DNA of 64,000 bases, from NCBI GenBank assembly GCA_020137815.1, contig CM035362.1, positions 6,319,404-6,383,403 on the forward strand, in the 5' to 3' direction. Position numbers and translations under genes: made by a program. Under the pieces are notes generated by a model that did no database searches, was not told the DNA's origin, and saw only the letters and a list, made by a program, of their open reading frames with translations. Positions within the stretch are counted from its first letter, which is position 1. Each line of letters starts with the position of its first letter. Of the stretch, positions 10,901 to 22,900 are shown piece after piece. The DNA is from Hormiphora californensis. Its lineage: Eukaryota; Animalia; Ctenophora.

Positions 10901-13900
10901 ACCTAACTGAGTTCCTAGAGAGGGCAGAGCTGCACTGTAGTGGTCAACATGGATTCAGGAAAGGGAGAAGTACGATGACCCATCTTCTCGCACATATAGA
11001 TAGGGTTCTCAAACATTTGACGGACAACAATGAAGTCGATGTTCTGTACCTAGACTTTCAAAAGCCTTCGACCGAGTTGATATCGGGGTCTTACTGCGAA
11101 AGTTACAGAAGTATGGGGTGAGAGGAAAGCTACTGCTTGGATAAAGAATTCCTCACCAATAGGAAGCAGCAATACTAGTGGATGGTGAGCAGTCGCGGTG
11201 GGAATGGGTCATAGCAGTGTTATCCAAGGAAGCGCGCTTGGACCTATCTTGTTTATTTTCTACGTAATTGACTTGAAGAGTCTTTGCTAAGCGCCGACGC
11301 CTTGTCTTTTGCTGACGCACACGAAACCATACAAGTTATACGGACACTACTTGACCAGGCTGAACTTCAAAAGGACCTAGGAAGTGTGACTCGGTGGTCA
11401 GTCAACAACAACATGAAACTCCACGAGATAAGTTTCAACTGGTTAATTATTCGCTTGTAGTCAAAGCTGTTGAGAGAACTGCCCTTCACTGCAGAAACGT
11501 ATCATATGTTACAATGGGAGGAACCGTGGTCGATCCAGAGCAGCATGTAAAGGACTTGGGGGTCTGGCTATCTGCAGATGGTACATGGACTCATCATATT
11601 GGCGATATTGTGAGGAGAGCAACATGATTTCAGGGTGGATATTTTGTGCTTCAGGAGTAGGACACCAGAAGTACTACTAACCTTGTACAAGGCGTTAGTT
11701 CGACCCATACTGGAAATATGTTGCCTGGTGTGGTATCCAACCAAAATCGGAGATATCCAGGCGGTGGAAACGTCAACGGGCTTTCACCGGAAGATACAAG
11801 GGATGAAGGATCTGGACTATTGGCAGCGTCTTGAGGCGCTTGACCTCATGTCCCTTCAAAGGAGACGCCAAAGGTATGAGTTAATCCACGTTTGGAAGAT
11901 CTATCAGGGCTTGTCCCCAATTGTGTTGAAATGGAGTTCCAGACGGGTCGGCTGGGAGTACACGGCAAAAACCCAGAAATATCCATACTGGGCAGAAGCT
12001 AAACGGGCCAGCCAACTATATAATCCTTCAGCTTTAGGGCACCTCGGTTATGGAACAAACTCCCTAAAGAGGTTAATCTTTCAGAAACACTTCCGGGTTC
12101 AAGGCAAACCTTGGTGGCGTTCATGAAGGAATTCCATGACAGACCACCGGTGCGTGGCTATATGACAGTCCTTAATGAGTTCAGCGATGCAGAAAGAAGA
12201 CCGTTATGTGAAGCTGTAATTGTTGTTTGCTGCTGACGCTGTTTGTGTTTTACTTTGAGTAAGAGACTGTAATAGACATTTTGACAAAGGAGACCCACGA
12301 GATGGGAATTCTGCACTATATGTTTGTATTGTGTGTAATTTATTTGAATTTGAATTTGAATTTGAATTTGAATCCCTTGGATTTTATCTCGAATCTGTTT
12401 ATAGGTGCATTCTATCTATCTCTATTATAGGTGAGCCAAAGTTGCTGAAAATCCGTTTGGAGTCCCACAGGTTCGAGGTCATTAAAGAGGAGCTCTATGT
12501 AAAGGAAATATCTGTGCGATACAACCGAAAATCTTACAGGTATACTAATATATCATAGCACTGGCAAGTGCCCCAGGCCCAAAAGGGGGGTTGATTTATT
12601 ATCATACAGGTATACTATATATTATTATTATTATTATCATTATTTAGTATAAGATTTGACACTTGCACTTTCTGTATAAGCCTCCATTACAGGAAGTAAT
12701 TTTGATATCTCCTTCTGGTGATCAAACACACACACACGCCCTCTGTACAACAGTTTAATGGGGAACCTCACACATACACGGGCTGAACTCGGTTAAGGAG
12801 AGATTAATTAGTATTCTGAATAATGAGTTCAGAGCAAGAATTAAATAGGAAGAAATCGAAAAATACTGGTTTGACCGGGAATTGAACCAGGGACCTCCAG
12901 AGAACTGCTCGAGATAAACCACTAAGCTACCAACCCTATGTACTGATCGCATTTCATCGCTATATTCAAGCTAAGGGCGAGCTTGAATATAGAGCGATGA
13001 AATGCGATCAGTACATAGGGTTTGGTAGCTTAGTGGTTTATAGCTCCGAGCATGTCTCTCTGGAGGTCCCTGGTTCAATTCCCGGTCAAACCCAGTATTT
13101 TTCGATTTTCTTCCCTATTTAATTCTTGCTCTGAACTCATTATTCAGAGCCTCCATTACATTTGTAAAAGATTCGCCGTGCGAGTAAGGCAAGCTATTTA
13201 TATAGCTTGGATATATTTTGAGTCCACACATGAATTGGGTACAATATGTGTTATCGGAGTTGTGCCCGACCTTGGGCACGTCGCGCCCCTCATGTTCACG
13301 CGCCCGTAGGGCGATCCCCTCACGGGGCTTGCCCGCTACGCGGGCAATGACCGACCATGACCGATATGAACCATTTTAGAGTAAAATGTGGTACGAGTAC
13401 GACAAACTATATACAAAGACTAAAAAATAGAAACTATCGTAATACATAATAAACGCTACCACTAATATAACTCAAGGGAGACGGTCCTGTGACCGTTCCC
13501 TAACCCTAACACATATTGTCAGTGTTCATCACGCGGCTAGTCATACCCCACACACTCTAAAAGCTCTCCTGAGTTTGTAGCTCTGAGAAGTGAGCAGTCC
13601 AAACACCGCATTATCCTCCCTCTCTCGCCACGTGTTGCTCGTGCCTCCCACGTCTGTAGACATAACAACCCATGTTATGAGACATATATCGTATATGAAA
13701 ATAGAAGGAGGGGGTTATGAACATATAATCCCGATAAAATATGTGGTTTCAGGTAGGAAGGAGGGGGGTTAGAAAGGTGTTTTCAGGTAGCTCCTACTAA
13801 CAGTATATGTTTTCAGATTCCCGGTAAGGAACTATTTGTACCCCTATCACCCATCAAGAAAGAGCTCAAAGATCACTGATAGTCGCTGTCCACCCTACCT

Positions 13901-16900
13901 ACTGGCACAATCAGGTCCTGGGACAATTAAACATCTCACTACTGAGGACTTCCTTGTCAAAGCCAGGGGTTAGTGCGTTGTAAAGCCAGGGGTTAGTGAT
14001 AGTATGGATAGTATATCGTACTGATGACATTAGTGCGTTGTAAAGCCAGGGGTTAGTGCGTTGTAAAGCCAGGGGTTAGTGCGTTGCAAAGCTAGGGGTT
14101 AGTGCGTTGTAAAGCCAGGGGTTAGTGCGTTGCAAGGCCAGGGGTTAGTGCGTTGCAAAGCTAGGGGTTAGTGCGTTGCAAAGCTAGGGGTTAGTGCGTT
14201 GCAAAGCTAGGGGTTAGTGCGTTGCAAAGCTAGGGGTTAGTGCGTTGCAAAGCTATAGGGGTTAGTGTGTTGCAAGGCCAGGGGTTAGTGGTAGTATGGA
14301 TGAAATACAGGGTGGGTGGTGCGTTGCAAAGCTAGGGGTTAGTGTTGCAAGGCCAAGGGTTAGTGGTAGTATGGATGAAATACAGGGTGGGTGGTGCGTT
14401 GCAAAGCTAGGGGTTAGTGCGTTGTAAAGCTAGGGGTTAGTGCGTTGTAAAGCTAGGGGTTTGTGGTAGTATGGATGGTTAGTGCGTTGCAAAGCCAGGG
14501 GTTAGTGCGTTCAAGCCAGGGTTAGTGCGTTGCAAGCCAGGGTTAGTGCGTTTCAAAGCCAGGGGTTAGTTCGTTGCAAAGCCAGGGGTTAGTGCGTTCA
14601 AGCTAGGGTTAGTGCGTTGCAAAGCCAGGGGTTAGTGCGTTGCAAAGCCAGGGGTTAGTGCGTTGCAAAGCCAGGGGTTAGTGCGTTGCAAAGCTAGGGG
14701 TTAGTGCGTTGCAAAGCCAGGGGTTAGTGCGTTGCAAAGCCAGGGGTTAGTGCGTTGCAAAGCCAGGGGTTAGTGCGTTGCAAAGCCAGGGGTTAGTGCG
14801 TTGCAAAGCAGAAAGCTAGGGGTTAGTGCGTTGCAAAGCAGAAAGCTAGGGGTTAGTGCGTTGCAAAGCAGAAAGCTAGGGGTTAGTGGTAGTATGGATG
14901 AAATACTATGTGGAGACAGATATTATTCATAGCAGCTGGAATCACATGGAAGCTAATCCCAAAGCAGCAACATGTATACTTGTAACCTAACCATCCATTT
15001 CCTACAGAGCACGAGTTGAATACTATTCGAGGTATGGTACCCTGGGCTAATCAGCCCTCAGAAGAAGAGGAGGAAGACACAACCTCTGGTCAGCTACTTC
15101 AACCCAACTTCACTAGTTGGGAATGATGAGCTGCCACGGTTTTTACAATTCAAGGATGCCTCGGTGAGTAACCATAGCAACACGCTGTAACCATAGTTAC
15201 CAACTAAGCAACAGCAGGCTGTAACACAGTACCAGCAACACGCCCTGTCACCGCACTAATCATTTGAGTGACCGGCTTCCAGTATCCTCGACCTTAGCGA
15301 CATCTTTTCCCCCTTTCAAAATAGTACTTTACTTGTATCAGCCGTGGCCTGAACCTGAGGTTCAGGCACGATTGTTTTCCCCCAATAGGCTAGGAGTGTT
15401 TATCAAGTGGCATTGCTTACCGTATTTTTGGAGGGCGAACACGGTCTGCTTTAGTTTCTCGGTCTGGGGCTGATCTTCTATTAACTTCTTAATAACTATT
15501 GTACCTGCTGGCTTTTTCTTGTAAATCTGGTTAATTGGTCAGCGCACAGAGCATGCAGCATTACGGTCAAGTCCCCTTTCAATCATTTGAGTGGCCGCAG
15601 CTTCCGGTATTCTTGCTCTTTAACAGTCCGTCATACGCATAGCACTTTACTAGACTCGGATCAGCTATGTTGGTTAGGAATTTACAGCCCTATTACGAGC
15701 TGTATAGGGGGTTGAGGGGTAATTTCATTACCAAAATCAGCTGAGCAGTGTTTTGGTTAAGCAGCATGCTGAATGAGGGAAAACAATCGTGACTGAATCT
15801 TAGGTTCAGGTCATGGCTATTTACACCTGGGACCTGAGGTCTCAGGGCTATTCTTGGCTATTTACTGAAAATTTGCATGAAATCTCAGGGAATAGCCGTC
15901 ACTGCACTGAGCCCTGAGATCGGAGATCTTAGTGGTAAATAGCCGTAACATGAGATTCAGACTGTTTCCTCCCAATAACTTACATCAGCTGGTTTTCTTT
16001 ATCATCAGATTCAACAAGCACTGCCTAACAGACTGGACACAAAACATAGTAAAGTTAAACACCACAGACTAACAACCAACCCACTTTACGACAAGCACAA
16101 TGCAATGTCATCTCTAATCGTTCCCCCCCCCCTCGAGTGCGGAAATTCGAGATTTCCAGTTTGCCCAGCTCGCCCCTTTCTAAATATGTACAACTTTTTC
16201 ATATTTTCCAGTGAGTAAACCTATAACTGAAAAAGTTCCCCATCTTTTTCAGTAATACGTGGTTTTGCACGGGTAAAATTAAAGGATAAAATTACCAATC
16301 ACCCCTATTAATTACCCATCGAAACTTACGAACTTTCCTGCAGATAGGAACTTCACTATCCCACTGCACTCCTCAGGTTACAGGTCCTCTCAGAGATACC
16401 GTCTAGAACATGCTTCTTCTGACAGTTGATGGTCACCGTCTTTCCTGGATCTGTGTCGTTCCAACTTTCTTGCACTGATCCATCCATACCACAGTACCCG
16501 GGCATTTCACTGATGGATAGAGTGGATGGAATATCGATTAGTCATAATACCTGAATACCACTTGTGACATCCCACACATATACATTAATATTGTACATAA
16601 CATCACCATAAGTATAATGCAGTGCAACTCTTCATTACTCAGCGTAGTGATGACTGTTAATAACTCCTTCATTACCTGCAGCACGGTAGCTGTCTGATGC
16701 GGTGTCATAGGAGCCAAACATTATCTTCTCCACTACATCTCCTCCCCACTTGGGTACACAGCCAATATCACTACTGTTACTGAACTGGTAGTTCAGTACC
16801 TCCACCCCATTACACTCTATCCTGAGGGTGGTGGTGTTCTTTCTAATTGTCCAAATCTTGTTCACTCCCTCTGGTGGTTGTACTGGGAGGGAGGTCCATC

Positions 16901-19900
16901 CGGTGCAGTAGCCGATGGAGTATACCATAGGTGAGGTGAACTGCACCCTCAGCCCTCCAATCTTACTCCCATATGCAGTGTATGTAACCACCCAGATCCT
17001 GTCCTCACTCCCAGCAGAAGAGTTGGTTTTGATTTGGAGAGGGATGGCCCTCCAGATCAAATTGGATCTTAGTATCACCACGTACAACTGGACTCCAAAC
17101 TGAAATATCATTATTCATTATCATTATTATCATACTGTTCGCAGCAGTGGATATAGTCGTGGGTGGTTATACTTATATTACTTAATTATAAGTTGGGGAG
17201 GGGGGCGGGGGACTAGTCAACTAGGAATGACCTCCTCTTTGTACAAGTAACAACCAATGCAAGCTCGTTATTTAGGTCACGTGACTGGTTATCAGCCAAT
17301 CATGAGGGACCAGTATTTCCTGATTCGGCCTTTGGATGACGAAATATAAATCACCCTTAAGAATTATAACAAATCCAATTAGTAAGCCGAGTGCTAATGA
17401 CTGCTTGATGGTGCATATGTTTGTTCTTACCTTCTGTCGTAGGAGACATGGCCAATGATAATGAAAATCACAGAAGCACCTCATTCTTGGCAGGTCAAAT
17501 ACAACAGTCACGAGATAGTGTGAGAATAAAGTCACGCGACTGTTAGCCAAGTTAGATGCAGCCTCACTCATATTTTCTAGGTTTCTCTCCCATGGGTAAT
17601 GTCCTTGTCCCTCGAGACATTAGCCGTGCCTTGACTCCCTCTAGCAAAGTTTGAGCTAGCTCTCCGTGTTCTCTTTCTTTTAATAGTATTCCCTATGTCT
17701 CTTACTCGCGTGGCTAACCTACCTCCTGCACTTGGCTTGCCTACCTCTATCCGCTTGGGGAGTTCTCAATGATCTATTTTTCTCCCCTAATCTCTCCATT
17801 CTTTCTATCTCTCTCTCACTCCCGGGATGTCTCCATTCTTTTTATATCTCCTCCTCCCCGATGTCTCTCTCTTTCTATATCTCTCACTCCCCGATGTCTC
17901 TCCATTCTTTTCTATTCTCTCTCACTCCCCATGTCGTCCATTTCTCCATTTCCACTCCCAGAGTCTCTCATTCCTCTTTTTATATCTCTCTCACTCCCGA
18001 TGTCTCTCCATTCTTTTCATACTCTCTCACTCCCCGATGTCTCTCCATTCTTTTCTATCTCTCTCTCACTCCCCAATGTCCTCTCCATTCTTTTCTATTC
18101 TCTCTCACTCCCGATGTCTCTCCATCTTTTCTATATTTCTCTCACTCCCCGATGTCTCCCATTCTTTTCTATATCCTCTCACTCCCCGTGTCTCTCCATT
18201 CTTTCTACATCGCTCTCACTCCTCCTCTCTATATCTCTCCATCTCTCTTCTATATCTCTCTCACTCCCCGAGTGTCTCTCCATTCTTTTCTATATATCTC
18301 TCTCACGCCCCGTTCTCCCATTCTTTATATCTCTCTCACTCCCCGATGTCTCTCCATTCTTTTCTATATACTCTCACTCCCCGATGTCTCTCAACACTTT
18401 TTCTAGATCTCTCTCGTCCCGAGTCCTCTCATTCTTTTTCTATATCTCTCACTCCCCTTTATCTCTCCATCTTTCTATAGCTCTCTATCTACACCTTGAC
18501 GTGGCAAAGCTGAGAGTCTACCTACTGTTATACTTGTAGTGGAAACGGAATAAAAAACCGTTTTGTTTAACACTGGTGGTGCCAATCAACGTGCTAGACG
18601 TGCTGAAAAATTAAAACTTTTTGACATAAGCACTCGCGCCTACGCAAGTCTGCGTCTTCTTACCGTATTTCAAATACAGTATCTCCACTGCACTACAAGC
18701 GGCACTGTAACCATGATAGTAACCAAGTCATATAATCACACATGTATAATTCTACTAGGACCAGATGAGTACCAGGCATTATTATTGATTCGATCGACGC
18801 ATTCGAGTCCTTCGAAAGGTCGGACGAAAATAATGGATGAGCATCAGGCATAAGGGGTGAACACATTAAAAAGTTGTCTGGGGACCGCGGGTCTGATGTG
18901 GTTGATCAGGACGTAATTCCAGATATCTCGAGTTGTTCTTTGACGAAGAGTGAGGATTGCTGGAGAGTCAGTTAGCGAGTTGATCTGAGAGATATGTGGA
19001 GGGAAGCAGATTGGAGTCGTAGAACTCTAGAAACTCTGACAGCTGGGATATGACTGGAAAGCGAAGATTGTAGGTGTCTGTGTGACGTCACATAGGTTTC
19101 CATGACAACAATGCGTGTCTTCCAGGACGACATTGGTGTCACATGACAAACATGACGTTCACCCAATAAATTCAAATTAATACATTAACCTCTATCTAGA
19201 TGGAACAAGATATGAAGATAGCAGATAGGTATTCCACTCAGATGAGGAAGCTGGCAGCAGATGCATTGTGCTAACAATAAGCATCTATCTCATTAAAGTG
19301 TCTACTACTTCACAGAGATGGATGGGGGGCTGTGGATAACCGTACCACACCACGTGTTCAATGGCAGAAAAATCACGTATGTAAGATTAGATTAATTTAG
19401 TTTGATTTAGTACCATTATATCGTTGTCTATCTTGTTAATAGATTAGATGGAACTATTAGGCTCTTCAGAGATGGGCTCGCTTTGCTTTTTGCTATACAA
19501 ATCTGTACAAATGCGCACATTTTCCCCTTGGTAAACATGAGTCTAATATGGTAACTGCATGTCCCATATGTGTCTATATGGTAACCATGGTAACCACGTC
19601 TCACATGTGTCTATATGGTAACCATGGTAACTGCATATCCCATATGTGTCTATATGGTAACCATGGTAACCACGTCTCACATGTGTCTATATGGTAACCA
19701 TGGTAACTGCATATCCCATATGTGTCTATATGGTAACCATGGTAACCACGTCTATAACATGTGTCTATATGGTAACCATGGTAACTGCATGTCCCACATG
19801 TGTCTTTATGGTAACCATGGTAACTGCATATCCCACATGTGTCTATATGGTAACCATGGTAACTGCATATCCCACATGTGTCTATATGGTAACCATGTCT

Positions 19901-22900
19901 CACATGTGTCTATATGGTAACCATGGTAACTGCATATCCCACATGTGTCTATATGGTAACCATGGTAACCACGTCTCACATGTGTCTATATGGTAACCAT
20001 GGTAACCACGTCTCATATGTGTCTATATGGTAACCATGGTAACTGCATGTCCCACATGTGTCTATATGGTAACCATGGTAACTGCATGTCCCACATGTGT
20101 CTGTATGGTAACCATGGTAACTGCATGTCCCACATGTGTCTATATGGTAACCATGGTAACCACGTCTCACATGTGTCTATATGGTAACCATGGTAACTGC
20201 ATATCCCATATGTGTCTATATGGTAACCATGGTAACCACGTCTATAACATGTGTCTATATGGTAACCATGGTAACTGCATGTCCCACATGTGTCTTTATG
20301 GTAACCATGGTAACTGCATATCCCACATGTGTCTATATGGTAACCATGGTAACTGCATATCCCACATGTGTCTATATGGTAACCATGTCTCACATGTGTC
20401 TATATGGTAACCATGGTAACTGCATATCCCACATGTGTCTATATGGTAACCACGTCTCACATGTGTCTATATGGTAACCATGGTAACTGCATGTCCCACA
20501 TGTGTCTATATGGTAACCATGGTAACTGCATGTCCCACATGTGTCTGTATGGTAACCATGGTAACTGCATGTCCCACATGTGTCTATATGGTAACCATGG
20601 TAACCACGTCTCACATGTGTCTATATGGTAACCATGGTAACTACATATCCCACATGTGTCTATATGGTAACCATGGTAACTGCATATCCCACATGTGTCT
20701 ATATGGTAACCATGGTAACTGCATATCCCACATGTGTATAATTATCTCCCCAGGACATTGTATCAAGTGGAAAACTGTTCGAGGTCAGTGCCAGCTCTCT
20801 TCTGGATAATGTTCCGCATGGTGGGAAAGCTAACAAACTTCTGGCAGGTGAGGATCAACCCATTATAATTATATAATTACTAATTAATAATTAGTTGCAA
20901 CCATATATATCAGATTGATATCATCATTGATCACCATCATTAATTTCACTGAATTACAAACTAAGTCAGCGCGGTCGTGTTTTGTGATTTGTGATTTCTA
21001 ACGAACTAACTACATATCTCAGGTTTTGAACTACAATGGTATGTGGCTCCCTCTGATTGCTTGTTGTGGGTGAATGAACAGGGGAAACTTGTACCTGCAG
21101 TTATCAGGTAGATTTGGGTATAGGTGATTTAGTGAAGATTAGCCAAGAATAGCCTGACTGATTCCCCTAAAGAGACCTATATGTCCCTTTAGGGCCGGAA
21201 ATAGCCGTGTCTGAAAGGCTGATATGCAGCTATTATAAAGAAAGGGACCTAGTTTAAACCCACTTTCCACTCTGCAGGATAGAAAACAAAGTGGATGGAG
21301 AGGAGCCAACTTTCTGGTATCCCCCTCCTGCAGACACGCCAACAGATCACTCAGATGCCCTTTCTTGGTCCCTTGCCAAAATGTACTTCCGCTGCTCTGA
21401 CTCACAGGTTCGCTACGTGTTGCCCATATATGGTGTTGTGTGTCACGTGTTGCCCATATATGGTGTTGTGTGTCACGTGCTCTGACTCACAGGTTCGCTA
21501 CAGACACATTTGGAAATTAGAATTTTGAGGTCATCTTTGGATCTCAATAGTTGACGTTTCTTGACCCCACTCAAATCTGTATATGCCCATTATTATAGTA
21601 ACTAGCTTCAGATACCCTGCATTGGGGGGAATCAGTCGTGACCTGAATCTCAGGTTCGGGTCACGGCTATTTACTCCTGAGACCTGAGATCTCAGGGTTC
21701 AGTGACGGCTATAATTCCCCCCACACTTTACAGATCTACGCCCTGTTGACCGCCCCCTTCTCCCGATCTCGCCCTGTTGACCCCCCCCTTCCTAGATTAC
21801 GCCCTGTGACCCCCCCCTTCCCAGATCTACGCCTGTTGACCCCCCCCCTTTTTCAAGACTACGCCCTGTTGACCCCCCCTTCCTCGGTCTACGCCTGTTG
21901 ACCCACCCCTTCTCTCAATCTAGCCTTTCCCCCCCCCTTCTCTCAGACTACGCCTGTGCCCCCCCTTCTCCTCAGATCTCGCCCTGTGACCCCCCCCTCT
22001 CTCAGATCTACGCCTGTTGACCCCCCCCCTTCTCCTCGATCTACGCCTGTGACCCCCCCCTTCTCTCAGATCTACGCCCTGTGACACCCCTTCTCCTCAG
22101 ATCTACGCCCTGTTGACCCCACCACTCTCTCAGATCACCCTGTTGACCCCCCCCCCACCCTTCTCCTCAGATCTACGCCCTTGTTGACCCCCCCACCCCA
22201 TTATCTCTCAAGATTACGCCCTGTTGACCCACCCCCCCCCTTCTCCTCAGATCTACGCCCGTTGACCCCACCCCCCCTTCTCCTCAGATCTACGCCTGTT
22301 GACCCCCCCCCCCCCTTCTCCTCAGATCTACGCCACTGTTGACCCCCCCTTCTCTCAGATCTACGCCCTGTTGACACCCTTCTCCTCAGATCTACGCCCT
22401 GTTGACCCCCCCCCCCCCTTCTCCTCAGATCTACGCCCTGTTGACCCCCCCCCTTCTCCTCAGTCTAGCCCTGTTGACCCCCCCCCTTTCCTCAGATCTA
22501 CGCCCTGTTGACCCCCCCCCCTTCTCCTCAGATCTACGCCATTTTGACCCCCCCCCCTTCTCCTCAGATCTACGCCCTGTTGACACCCCTTCTCCTCAGA
22601 TCTACGCCCTGTTGACCCCCCCCCCCCCCTTCTCCTCAGATCTACGCCCTGATGACCCCCCCTTCCTCAGATCTACGCCTGTGGACACCCCCCCCCTTCT
22701 CCTCAGGTCTACGCCCTGTTGACCCCCCCCCCCCTTCTCTCAGATCTACGCCTGATGACCCCCCCCCCTTCTCCTCAGATCTACGCCCTGTTGACCCCCC
22801 CCCCTTCTCCTCAGATCTAGGGCCCTGTTGACCCCCCCCCTTCCCCTCAGATCTACGCCCTGGATGACCCCCCCCCCTTCTCCTCAGATCTACGCCTGTT

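Noticed and set aside
11060-12200. Dense frameshifts in the CR1 3' part as programmed recoding
   Set aside because: Mostly single-base deletions, like the noise at 14500-14610 and 21740-22400; decay or sequencing error.
13018-13094. Functional tRNA gene
   Set aside because: Anticodon arm is non-canonical and it is one arm of a palindromic element; reported as tRNA-derived instead.
13329-13347. GC hairpin ttgcccgctacgcgggcaa as a Helitron 3' end
   Set aside because: No CTRR terminus follows and no second copy to define boundaries.
13960-14890. Telomeric repeat (ggggttag)
   Set aside because: The unit is 23 bp and derives from an exon/donor junction, not (TTAGGG)n.
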